From a virus, in IMG/VR virus record IMGVR_UViG_3300011261_000157, positions 4,589 through 68,588 of that record: a stretch of 64,000 bases of DNA; one strand, written 5' to 3'. Shown here in pieces: positions 1-8,726 of this stretch (position 1 is its first letter; the number at the start of each line of letters is the position of its first letter). The position numbers and the translations under genes were made by a program. The notes below the pieces were generated by a model that had not been told where the DNA came from, made no database searches, and saw only the letters and a program-made list of their open reading frames with translations.

Positions 1-334
1 CCCTAGGATGTAGCCAATACTTACGTTCTCTACTAGGCCACTTACAGATAGGTAAAGGGACTTCATGTAAGCCTAATTCCCTAGTTATATACATGCCCGT
101 CATGTTATCATGGGAGAACCTGCGCCACTCAGTGTAAGGGTGAGTCACAAACTCCCCCTCAGAAGGGCTCAGAAGCCCGTAGGACGCGTCCAACATGCCG
201 ACCCTACTCGTACCATTCATTCGCATCAGAAGCTCTGTAGCAGCCGTAAATAGAGGCTGATTCTCTGACTCGGTTAGTTTAGGGTGCTCATTGAGGTGGA
301 TGAAGCCTAGTTTATCTTGGAAATTGGAGTACAT
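1..334 (-). CDS. hypothetical protein, partial (runs off left edge)
   Basis: Hand-translated open frame MYSNFQDKLGFIHLNEHPK... with AAGGA RBS and no stop before position 1. Confidence 0.6.
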   Translation of the reverse strand, partial: MYSNFQDKLGFIHLNEHPKLTESENQPLFTAATELLMRMNGTSRVGMLDASYGLLSPSEGEFVTHPYTEWRRFSHDNMTGMYITRELGLHEVPLPICKWPSRERKYWLHPR

Positions 335-346
335 AAGTGTTCCTTG

Positions 347-538
347 TTAAAATACTGTAAGTTGATATAGGTATCTAGGACTCTCCATACGGAGATACTC
401 TTGTCGAGAGGTGTGAGGCATCAGATAAGCGTAAATAATGGCGGGCAATGCATATCGGTAATCCATACCTGTAACAGGGTAACTTCTATGAGTATACTCT
501 ACATACTGACTAACTACTCTAAGATTTGCTTGATCCAT
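347..538 (-). CDS. xVF-terminal microprotein (...YQLTVF)
   Basis: ORF track; C-terminal LxVF. Confidence 0.7.
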   Translation of the reverse strand: MDQANLRVVSQYVEYTHRSYPVTGMDYRYALPAIIYAYLMPHTSRQEYLRMESPRYLYQLTVF

Positions 539-545
539 ATAATCC

Positions 546-734
546 CTAGAACACAGTTAAAATACCAATTCCCTTGTAGAGCCGAAGTTGACCGCCTTTT
601 CCGTCTACGTCCATAGGGGATACCATAGTATAGGACAGCGAGATCCACCACAAACAAGACTCTACCTTAAAGGGAGATATTATAATAATAACACCTTCAG
701 GGCGCTCTACGCTATCTTTAGGTGATATTCGCAT
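546..734 (-). CDS. xVF-terminal microprotein (...GILTVF)
   Basis: ORF track; C-terminal LxVF. Confidence 0.7.
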   Translation of the reverse strand: MRISPKDSVERPEGVIIIISPFKVESCLWWISLSYTMVSPMDVDGKGGQLRLYKGIGILTVF

Positions 735-791
735 ATTTAAACCTTACCCTTGACGCATAACTCAAAACCCTGCAAACGCGGGCACAAGCAC

Positions 792-820
792 AGTCTACTA
801 CAATCAATCTAGTATGTCAA
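792..820 (-). promoter_or_regulatory. sigma70-type promoter (leftward)
   Basis: TTGACA-17nt-TAGACT on minus strand. Confidence 0.65.
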
Positions 821-843
821 CTGATTTATTTACAAGCTCAAGG

Positions 844-872
844 TTGACATACCTGCTAACTTGCGGTATAGT
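844..872 (+). promoter_or_regulatory. sigma70-type promoter (rightward)
   Basis: TTGACA-17nt-TATAGT. Confidence 0.7.
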
Positions 873-920
873 GTCTCCATGTACGTGATTTACAGACTTT
901 ACGTACTTAAAGGATTGATT

Positions 921-1061
921 ATGTCTAAATTATCGTCTTACTTTATAGATCACATGGGTTATGATATTAGCCTCACTAGGGGGCATAGGGAGATGACCGT
1001 TGTCACTTCAAGTGAGATATACCACCACTACAACGGTCTTATGCTTGTGGTGGTGTTTTAA
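921..1061 (+). CDS. xVF-terminal microprotein (...MLVVVF)
   Basis: ATG at 921 after AAGGA; same frame as track ORF 861..1061. Confidence 0.7.
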   Translation: MSKLSSYFIDHMGYDISLTRGHREMTVVTSSEIYHHYNGLMLVVVF

Positions 1062-1213
1062 TGAGTAAGGTTATTTACAACCAAGCGTACCTAGGTGAAT
1101 ACGGAGCTTACCATGGAACCCTGCGTGAGAACTTTAAGGTAGAGTACACTATGAGGGCGTGGCACGACTCTATGATCACTTACCGTACCTACTTCCAAAT
1201 AGCTGTGTTTTAA
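1061..1213 (+). CDS. xVF-terminal microprotein (MSKVIYNQ...FQIAVF)
   Basis: Hand-translated, 50 aa, TAATG overlap with previous ORF. Confidence 0.7.
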   Translation: MSKVIYNQAYLGEYGAYHGTLRENFKVEYTMRAWHDSMITYRTYFQIAVF

Positions 1214-1222
1214 GGGAATTAT

Positions 1223-2053
1223 ATGACCATTGAAGTTAATCTGTATGAATTTTTGATGCGCCAGCGTCCGATATGTACTCAATTCCCCTTGACTAAGGAA
1301 TTAGGCGAAGATTTTAAGGAGCTGCGACTCAAGTATCGTGCAGAGTTGGGATTTGATCTATTTGATGGTCGCTGCGGCAATACCTTCAACTGCTTAGTTG
1401 CGGATTCATGCGTAGGTAGGCCGTTCCCTAAGGACCCTTTAGTACATAAGTACTTGGAATCATTGAATGTTACTATTACCGACGGAGTATACAAGGGAGT
1501 TGATGTCTACTTGGCCAAGCCATTACTAGACTGCTCTGAGTGTCCCTTTAAGACCGTCTGTGATGAGCCTTGTCTAACCCATAAGTCCTACTACTCAAGA
1601 CGAATCAACCCCTCTAGGGAACCTAGGGATGAGGATCTAGTAGATTATCAGCTTTGGGAGGAGGGTGTGATACGCCTTAAACAGATGTACGAGGTAGAAG
1701 AGTGCCCTCAAGGTGAGTGGCTAGATGATGAGCTGGCTTGGGATTGCTTAAGTCCTAGGCAGCGGGAATGCCTACACATGAATCTAATCCAAGAGATCAA
1801 CCACGAAGATATAGCCTACAGTTTGAATATAAGTAGGCAGGTTGTATCACAACATATATCAATTGCTACTCAAAAGATAACAGAATTCTCAAAAGCACGT
1901 AAGATATTGAAAAGACAAACTAACCCATCTCAGAGAGCCATTAAGTACTACAGATTAGGCATGACTCAGGTGGAAATAGCCGACCAAGAAGGGGTTAGTC
2001 AGCAAAGTATCTCCAACTACATCTCAAAATGGAGAAAATCCAATAATATCTAG
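1223..2053 (+). CDS. sigma-70 region-4-like/HTH transcription regulator with Cys-rich N-terminus
   Basis: LSPRQRECL...IAYSLNISRQVVSQHI and a second HTH MTQVEIADQEGVSQQSISNY; CxxC motifs. Confidence 0.65.
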   Translation: MTIEVNLYEFLMRQRPICTQFPLTKELGEDFKELRLKYRAELGFDLFDGRCGNTFNCLVADSCVGRPFPKDPLVHKYLESLNVTITDGVYKGVDVYLAKPLLDCSECPFKTVCDEPCLTHKSYYSRRINPSREPRDEDLVDYQLWEEGVIRLKQMYEVEECPQGEWLDDELAWDCLSPRQRECLHMNLIQEINHEDIAYSLNISRQVVSQHISIATQKITEFSKARKILKRQTNPSQRAIKYYRLGMTQVEIADQEGVSQQSISNYISKWRKSNNI

Positions 2054-2149
2054 TATTCATAAGTACCCGTAATCATTCGATTCCTGCATTTTATTTAAAA
2101 ATAATATTGACATGCAGGTTGTAAACAGGCTGCCTAATGTCTAATGTAT

Positions 2150-2482
2150 ATAAGCACTGGTACGAGTGTATAAGACTTAGACCGACTGCAAGGAGGGCTA
2201 AGTCGCAGGATGAGTCTCATAAGAGACGAATCCAGCCGGCTAGAAACCTCTATAACCATCAATAGTGTTCGACTAATCATTACTAAGTATAGGTTAGAAC
2301 ACACCTGCTAGCTACGAGATAGCATACGAACGAGCAGGGAAAGGTTAGAGAAGTGCAGGCGAGTGAGTATGCATGTAGAGCTTGCCATAACGCAATAAAG
2401 ATTCATATCTAAGGATCAAGGGTTCTCCTCCAACTCTACCTTAGGTTATGAGGGGTCGGGTGTAAAAGCTCGGCCCCTTCCA
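2150..2482 (+). ncRNA. putative structured non-coding RNA
   Basis: No long ORF; at least 7 complementary stems (see findings); strand and boundaries inferred. Confidence 0.4.
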
Positions 2483-2497
2483 ATATAAAGAGGACTT

Positions 2498-2650
2498 ATG
2501 ATCTACCCTAAAGGACTACCCGATAACCTTAGGGCTGAGTATGATAAGTATATGCGCGATCCGAAACGGTACGTTAAGTTATACCCAGTCATCCACAAGA
2601 TATTATCTAAATACTTAGGAGTGCCTAATGGCAAAGAAAAAGGTAAATAA
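2498..2650 (+). CDS. small hypothetical protein
   Basis: Hand-translated MIYPKGLPDNLRAEYDKY..., GAGGA RBS. Confidence 0.5.
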   Translation: MIYPKGLPDNLRAEYDKYMRDPKRYVKLYPVIHKILSKYLGVPNGKEKGK

Positions 2651-2870
2651 GGGACTTACAAATAGTTCAGACATTAAGCTTAAACAGGTTAAGAAGAAGC
2701 CTAAGCCTAAAGCGGCCAAGGTAGAGGACTTATCCCCTAAAGCCAGCAACAAAGACAGCCTGACTGACAATATCAAGTCTAGGTCTAGCAAAGCCATTAA
2801 AGGTGGTGAGCTGGGAAAGACAAGTCGAGTGCCTCTAAGTCAGAAGCTGGACATAAAAAAGAAGAAGTAA
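2628..2870 (+). CDS. Lys-rich protein; possible N-terminal part of frameshifted small terminase
   Basis: ORF track; AGGAG RBS; ends just after an in-phase A_AAA_AAG. Confidence 0.65.
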   Translation: MAKKKVNKGLTNSSDIKLKQVKKKPKPKAAKVEDLSPKASNKDSLTDNIKSRSSKAIKGGELGKTSRVPLSQKLDIKKKK

Positions 2871-3064
2871 GCCCATTCACAACGGGGCAAGCTCCTATAG
2901 CTAAGAACCTTAAGATACTTAATGATATTAAGGCTAAAGGACTTAGCAAGCAGCACGAGGCCACTCAGATAAGACACCAACTATCAGCTTATGCATCAGG
3001 TAAGTGGGATCTCACGCAGGATATCCTACTTGACATAGATGTAGCCGGTGTAATTAATGTAAGT

Positions 3065-3460
3065 ATGGGAAATCAGGCAGTTCCTTACTCTTGTCCTAAG
3101 ATGCTAGAGCTAGCAGAACAGGAGATAAGAGAAAGGTTCAAGAATGAGCCCGAGCTGATGGAAATAGTAGTCGAGGTTCTGCCGGGCGTTAAAACCCTAC
3201 AGCGCTGGATTAAGCGTCAAGACTGGAAAGAAGAAGTCGAGAAGAGACTTAAAGACGGTAATCTATTTTCAATGGATAAGAGAGCTAGAGTAATCAGTAT
3301 GGTATTTAACCGTGCAGTTAACGATCTGGACCTCAAAGCCGCAGAAACTTACTTAAAGCTATCAGGCGACCTAACCAACAAACCTCCTCAAAAGGACAAA
3401 GGTTACGAAGCTTATCAAGAACTAGCTGAATCACTAATCAAAAAGAACATAGATAAGTAA
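3065..3460 (+). CDS. putative terminase small subunit (HTH)
   Basis: Directly upstream of TerL; HTH-like VKTLQRWIK; frame stays open upstream to 2810. Confidence 0.55.
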   Translation: MGNQAVPYSCPKMLELAEQEIRERFKNEPELMEIVVEVLPGVKTLQRWIKRQDWKEEVEKRLKDGNLFSMDKRARVISMVFNRAVNDLDLKAAETYLKLSGDLTNKPPQKDKGYEAYQELAESLIKKNIDK

Positions 3461-3541
3461 TCCCCCTTAGTCCCCACAGACTGAGGTATGAGGCTCCCTT
3501 AGGGGAGCTTTTGCTATTTATATGACTGACACGGAGGTTAA

Positions 3542-5101
3542 ATGTCGGATGAATATAATCTGCCAGGGAAACCTTTGCGACTACAAGAGTTTGATTTCAT
3601 TAGCTTTACCAAAGAGCTATATGATAAGAACATCAAATTCACAGACGGTAGACGTGTCGGAGAGGTGATCATCGACGGAGTACCTCAGTTCATAGGTCTC
3701 AGTCAAGGTCAACAGGAAGTAGTAGCGAGTCAAGCCCGTTTCAAGGTCTTGGCCGCAGGTAGACGTTTCGGTAAGACTAAGATATGCGTACTGCTAGCCC
3801 TAGCTGCTATGATGATGCCTAACAGGCTCGTTATTGTGGTGGGTCCAGAACACGCTCACGTCGAGAAGGTCTTCAAAGAGCTATACTACATCATAGTAAC
3901 TCAGCTAAAGTGGGTCAACAAAGGCACCGGAGAAGGTACCATTGCTAGAAACACTAAGGGTGACTATGTAATTCAAATGAGAAACGGAAGTCGAGTAGAA
4001 GGTAAATCAGGAACGAACCCCGATTCAATCGCGGGTGACGCTGTTGACTTATATATCTTCGACGAAGCCGGTCTTGAAGATAACTTAGATGATCTATGGG
4101 GAATTGCCGAACCAGCTTTGGCCGATAACCTAGGATCAGCCATATTCATTTCTTCTCCCCGAGGCAGAAATGATTTCTATAAGTTATACAAACTAGGTCA
4201 GAAAGGCATAGGTCAGACGAAAGGGTATATACCTCTAACTGAAGCTACCGATATGACTGATTGGGCGAGTTGGAACTTCCCCTCTTACGCTAATCCATTT
4301 ATCCCTAGAAGTGAATACGAAAGGGCTAAGAGAACGGCTATAGAGAAGGGTAAGTACGAGAAGTTTAAGCGAGAATGGGATGCTGACTTTGATGCAGTAA
4401 CCGATGTGGCCTTCCCTGAGTTTAGGGCTTTCAAGAAAGAACTAGACGACAAAGGACAAGAGATCCACGCTCCTTACCACGTTCAACATTACACGTTCAA
4501 TCCCGCTAACGGCCCATGGTTCGCAGCTTGCGATTTCAACATTGCCCGTCCAGCTTCCACGGTCTACCTTCAAGTAGATCGTAACAACAACGTAATAATA
4601 TTCGATGAGTTATTCAAACCTAGCACAGACGCTAAGCTACAAGCTCAGTTCATCTTGGAAAAGCAAGAGGAATTGGAAGTCCCATACACCGCCGTAATTG
4701 GAGATGTGTCGGGAAGCTTCAATAGAGCTGGGGTAAATGAATTCACCTTGATGGAAGGAGTCTTAGGTCACGCACCTTACGCCCAACGTCAATCAAGGGA
4801 CTCAGGAAATCACCTACTGCATCAAATGTTAGCTGTACCTTACTTAGACAGTCAAGGTAAGTTGATATATGATGAGTTAGGCCAACACAAGACTTACCCC
4901 AAGTTATTCATCTCTAGTAACTGCGTAGAAACTATATATGCTTTCGAAGCAGCTAAGAAGAAGATGAGTAAGGACGGGTCGATCAAAGACGACTACGTAG
5001 AGTTCAAAACAGGCCATGAAGGTCTGTTAGATGCTGTTAGGTACGCGTTAGTGGCGATATTCAAAGAAAGACAAGGAATGCAGGTTATTAAAGGCTTATA
5101 A
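3542..5101 (+). CDS. terL: terminase large subunit
   Basis: Walker A AAGRRFGKT, Walker B YIFDEA, ISSP motif, nuclease CDFN and LLDAVRY. Confidence 0.93.
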   Translation: MSDEYNLPGKPLRLQEFDFISFTKELYDKNIKFTDGRRVGEVIIDGVPQFIGLSQGQQEVVASQARFKVLAAGRRFGKTKICVLLALAAMMMPNRLVIVVGPEHAHVEKVFKELYYIIVTQLKWVNKGTGEGTIARNTKGDYVIQMRNGSRVEGKSGTNPDSIAGDAVDLYIFDEAGLEDNLDDLWGIAEPALADNLGSAIFISSPRGRNDFYKLYKLGQKGIGQTKGYIPLTEATDMTDWASWNFPSYANPFIPRSEYERAKRTAIEKGKYEKFKREWDADFDAVTDVAFPEFRAFKKELDDKGQEIHAPYHVQHYTFNPANGPWFAACDFNIARPASTVYLQVDRNNNVIIFDELFKPSTDAKLQAQFILEKQEELEVPYTAVIGDVSGSFNRAGVNEFTLMEGVLGHAPYAQRQSRDSGNHLLHQMLAVPYLDSQGKLIYDELGQHKTYPKLFISSNCVETIYAFEAAKKKMSKDGSIKDDYVEFKTGHEGLLDAVRYALVAIFKERQGMQVIKGL

Positions 5102-5102
5102 C

Positions 5103-5342
5103 ATGAAAAGACCAACTGTAATAGTTAGAAAGGGAGATAGATTCGTTCTAGACTCCAAGAAGCTATATCCACATTTAAGAAAGCATGAAGATATGGTTAG
5201 ATCGGCTTTACAGATGGCATGTTTACACTATAAAGCCTATCCTCAACTGTACAAACATCTAGACCCCAAAGATCAATTAGACAAGGTGAATGATATGTTC
5301 TATCAGTTGCTAATCGACTGGGGCGTCTATAAGGGAAAATAA
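5103..5342 (+). CDS. hypothetical protein
   Basis: ORF track; operonic spacing. Confidence 0.6.
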   Translation: MKRPTVIVRKGDRFVLDSKKLYPHLRKHEDMVRSALQMACLHYKAYPQLYKHLDPKDQLDKVNDMFYQLLIDWGVYKGK

Positions 5343-5614
5343 TGGCTAAGAAAGAGAAAGGTCAGAAGCTAAAGTACTTCTTAGACCACCCGCAGATCAA
5401 AAGACACGAGTCGCCAGGCAACGGAAACGCGCCAGGCTCTCTAGCTGAGAAGATCAACTGGGGCGGTAAAAATACCCCTGAACAGAACGCAGCTATCAAA
5501 ACACAACAACCTAAACAGCCGGCTCAGCCCTCATCATCTAGTAGTACTAGTAGCTCAAGTAGCTCTAGCTCAGGTGGGGTTATGTCAGCCATAAAGGGTT
5601 TATTTAAGAAATAA
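5342..5614 (+). CDS. small basic Ser-rich protein
   Basis: ORF track; poly-Ser tract. Confidence 0.6.
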   Translation: MAKKEKGQKLKYFLDHPQIKRHESPGNGNAPGSLAEKINWGGKNTPEQNAAIKTQQPKQPAQPSSSSSTSSSSSSSSGGVMSAIKGLFKK

Positions 5615-5623
5615 GGAGACATA

Positions 5624-6124
5624 ATGTCACTAAGTTCAATACTTAAGAAGCTCGCTGGCATTAAGGCTAAGGTACAGACCGGCTCTAAATACGATAAGCT
5701 AAACCTAGCTGATGACGTAAGAGCTAGATCACCATTAGCTAAGCAAGTGGTTGATAGAACGGCTAGAATCTTCATAAAAGAAGCCCTAGGCGAAGATGAG
5801 ACTGTAGCCCCCGAAGATTTCGACACCAACCAGAAAGCAACACTAGCTATCCAAGAGTTAGTATTCACATCAGTAGAAGCTCACCCTTCAGCTAACAAGA
5901 TTTCAATTGAGATCATCGCTGATTCGGCTGAGTCTATTGTAGTTTCAGGTAAGAGTATCAAGATTCACATCGACGATGGCGTGTCTGATTCAGACGCAGT
6001 AAAAGCTCTGGTTGATGGAGATGATCAAGTATCAGCAATGGTAACAGTAGAAGTTAACGCTGGTCAAGGCGCTACTATAGTTACGGCTGAAGCTAAGGCT
6101 AAGATGAGCGGAGCCTTAGGTTAA
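5624..6124 (+). CDS. hypothetical, possibly virion protein
   Basis: ORF track; AAGGAG RBS. Confidence 0.65.
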   Translation: MSLSSILKKLAGIKAKVQTGSKYDKLNLADDVRARSPLAKQVVDRTARIFIKEALGEDETVAPEDFDTNQKATLAIQELVFTSVEAHPSANKISIEIIADSAESIVVSGKSIKIHIDDGVSDSDAVKALVDGDDQVSAMVTVEVNAGQGATIVTAEAKAKMSGALG

Positions 6125-6179
6125 TCAATAATATAAACCTGCCTTATGGCAAGGTATTGTATATACAAACGGAGAACAT

Positions 6180-6338
6180 ATGGAAAAGAAACTAAAGAAA
6201 ATCCCTGGCGGCTTAAAGTCTCAGGGTATGCGTAATGCTAAGTGGGATAAGTTAGAAAAACAATCTAATGAATCTGCTGAGAAAGCCCCTCATGACCAAA
6301 TGAACGGTGGCGAAGCTAAGAAAATTAGCAAGAAGTAA
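6180..6338 (+). CDS. small Lys-rich protein
   Basis: Hand-translated MEKKLKKIPGGLKSQGMR..., GGAG RBS. Confidence 0.55.
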   Translation: MEKKLKKIPGGLKSQGMRNAKWDKLEKQSNESAEKAPHDQMNGGEAKKISKK

Positions 6339-6414
6339 GATAACGGGCGAGCCGAGGTAAAACTCGGCAAGCCTTTATTACTCGTAATGTGAAGTATAAA
6401 ACGGAGGAGTAACC

Positions 6415-8337
6415 ATGGCATTCAATTTAGGAGTAGGTAGGACAGGTCAGTCCGCTGCTTTCGCCATGCAGGTAAATTACCTATATGAATCTGTGGTTTA
6501 CCGTAGATGGGTAGTGGATCTAGCTTTATCATTCTATGAAGGCCGTATGGACGAGTTCGTATGGTTGGACTTACAGAAGCAATTCAGAGATCCTAGTAAG
6601 CAACAAATTATACCCTACGCACTAACTCAAGAGATCATAGATGAAACCTCCATCTTATATAGGGAGGAACCTGTCTACATGATTAAAGACAAGAAGACAG
6701 GCAAAGTACTCAAGAAAGATCAAGAGTTGTGGAGAAAGATAAGAAAAGACGCTAGATACCATAATATGTGTCAAGAACTGGACGCTATGACCAAACTGCT
6801 AGGGACTGTCCTAGTTAAGGTCAATTTCGTAGATCCAGACACAGGTGACTTAGTAAATGCTAATAAGCCAGGCATGGTCAATTTTGAACTAGTATATGGC
6901 GGGTCTTACGACGTTAAATACGCAGCGAGCCCCTACTACATCAGTTCTATTGAATTAGGAATGGTAGAAGCACCTTCAGCATGGGGTCTAGGTGGACCTT
7001 CAGTAGCTGGAGCCGTGCCTCTAGATCATAATCTAAGCGTTGCAATGCGTTCTAAATCAGGGATGAAGTACTCAAAGGTACAGTCCGTAAAAGACTTAGA
7101 CAACGCAAATATAAATAAAGTATACTGGGGAGTAGACGGACATAAAGTGCAAGATGCCGACGGTAATTACTACGAAGGGGATAACCCTTACGGATGTATA
7201 CCAGCGGTTCCTTTCTTTAACCGTGACCCCGGCAATAAATTCTTCTTACCAGTAAACGAGCCTCTACTTTACGCTAATCACGCTGTGAATATGAGACTCT
7301 CAGACTTGAACCACGTTGCTAAGTTCCAATCATTCGGACAAGCGGTGGTTAAAGGGATCGAACGTCCAATCAACAACAGATTGGGAAGACCTATAGACGA
7401 CTTCAACGCTAGAGGTGGTAGTCGAGGTACAGGCTTCGGGTTCGGCAACACAGGTCCTACTGGACTAGATAGAAACAGTTTCTCTCCTTTCGAGTTCTAC
7501 GGCGATGGTAATGCTACCGCTAATATGAACGGATTCAGCTTGGGCCCAGACACGCTACTGAGCGTAGGTGAGACGGGAGACTTCAAGTTTGAAAAGCCAG
7601 GCGCTGATATCCAAGGTCTTACTAGTACCATTTATACAATGATGGACATGGTAAGGATTAACCACGGATTACAACCTAAGCATAATAGCAAGTTACCTCC
7701 TTCAGGAGCGGCTTTATTATCAGCTAAGTTGGGCGTAGTTGAGCAGAATAAGAGAAGACAGATTCTATTTAGAGAAAGAGAGCAGCAGTTATTCGAGGTA
7801 GTTAAGAAGCTCTGGAACGCTCACCATAACGGTGAAGGTGCCGAGATGTTCTCAGAAGACGCTGAATTGGAAATACATTACGTAGATCCAGAATTCGCGG
7901 TAGACCCTCAAACTAGAGCTGCTACAATCAAATTAGAATTAGATATCCTACTTACAGGTAATGTAGACTCAGTACAGAAGATGTACCCTCACTTAGATGA
8001 GATCGCAGCTAAAGAGCTATTAGCGAAAGCCCATAGGGAGCGCATAGATCAGGCACAGCGAGACGCTGAGGTAGAAGGTGCTAAGCTGACTAAGCTCAAA
8101 GACTTAGGGTTTGAAGTTGAAAGTGATAAAGAGGTTAAAACCCGAGCATCACAATCAGATGTGAATCCTAATCAAGGTAATAAGGCCAAGTCTGACGACG
8201 GACCTAAACCTAAGATTAGTAATCGAGCTAAACACGCGGAGCAGAGTTCTATACAACCGAATAAGAATGGTGATGTAAGAAAATCAGATAAGACAAAACG
8301 TGCCGAAGAGCAGAAGCGGAAAGAGTCCGGCTTCTAG
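6415..8337 (+). CDS. portal protein
   Basis: 640 aa between TerL and scaffold/MCP; NPYGCIPAVPF and SGAAL motifs resemble SPP1-type portals. Confidence 0.8.
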   Translation: MAFNLGVGRTGQSAAFAMQVNYLYESVVYRRWVVDLALSFYEGRMDEFVWLDLQKQFRDPSKQQIIPYALTQEIIDETSILYREEPVYMIKDKKTGKVLKKDQELWRKIRKDARYHNMCQELDAMTKLLGTVLVKVNFVDPDTGDLVNANKPGMVNFELVYGGSYDVKYAASPYYISSIELGMVEAPSAWGLGGPSVAGAVPLDHNLSVAMRSKSGMKYSKVQSVKDLDNANINKVYWGVDGHKVQDADGNYYEGDNPYGCIPAVPFFNRDPGNKFFLPVNEPLLYANHAVNMRLSDLNHVAKFQSFGQAVVKGIERPINNRLGRPIDDFNARGGSRGTGFGFGNTGPTGLDRNSFSPFEFYGDGNATANMNGFSLGPDTLLSVGETGDFKFEKPGADIQGLTSTIYTMMDMVRINHGLQPKHNSKLPPSGAALLSAKLGVVEQNKRRQILFREREQQLFEVVKKLWNAHHNGEGAEMFSEDAELEIHYVDPEFAVDPQTRAATIKLELDILLTGNVDSVQKMYPHLDEIAAKELLAKAHRERIDQAQRDAEVEGAKLTKLKDLGFEVESDKEVKTRASQSDVNPNQGNKAKSDDGPKPKISNRAKHAEQSSIQPNKNGDVRKSDKTKRAEEQKRKESGF

Positions 8338-8346
8338 GGAGGACAA

Positions 8347-8673
8347 GTGGCATCAAGTTTAATTCACAAAGTTATAATATACCGTGTAGACGGTAATGAT
8401 ATCGAAATGCTAGTATCAGACGATATTAAACAAGCAGAAAACATGTATAAGGGATTAGATCACGAATGGTTAACTTCGACGGCTGAGAAGAGACCATTTA
8501 GATTGCCGGAACCCAAGATGCATAGTTTTGCTCCTTCGTTAATATCTGAGATAGTAGTACAATCGATATCTAGAGAGGAGTATGAAAAGCAGAGTAATCC
8601 CTACTGGAACCAAATGAGCAAAGAGGGACTCGGCGGGTCAATGAATCGCAATTTCAACAACGGTGGATTTTAA
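8347..8673 (+). CDS. hypothetical protein
   Basis: ORF track; GGAGG RBS. Confidence 0.65.
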   Translation: MASSLIHKVIIYRVDGNDIEMLVSDDIKQAENMYKGLDHEWLTSTAEKRPFRLPEPKMHSFAPSLISEIVVQSISREEYEKQSNPYWNQMSKEGLGGSMNRNFNNGGF

Positions 8674-8726
8674 GGTAGAGCCTGAAGTCCCAACGATCAA
8701 TTTCGGTAGAGCCGAAGGAGACACAG

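Noticed and set aside
2205-2235. Hammerhead ribozyme (GATGAG-stem-CGAA)
   Set aside because: Core reads AGGATGAG/CGAAT rather than CTGATGAG/CGAAA, and stems I/III with an NUH site were not found; kept only as part of the putative ncRNA
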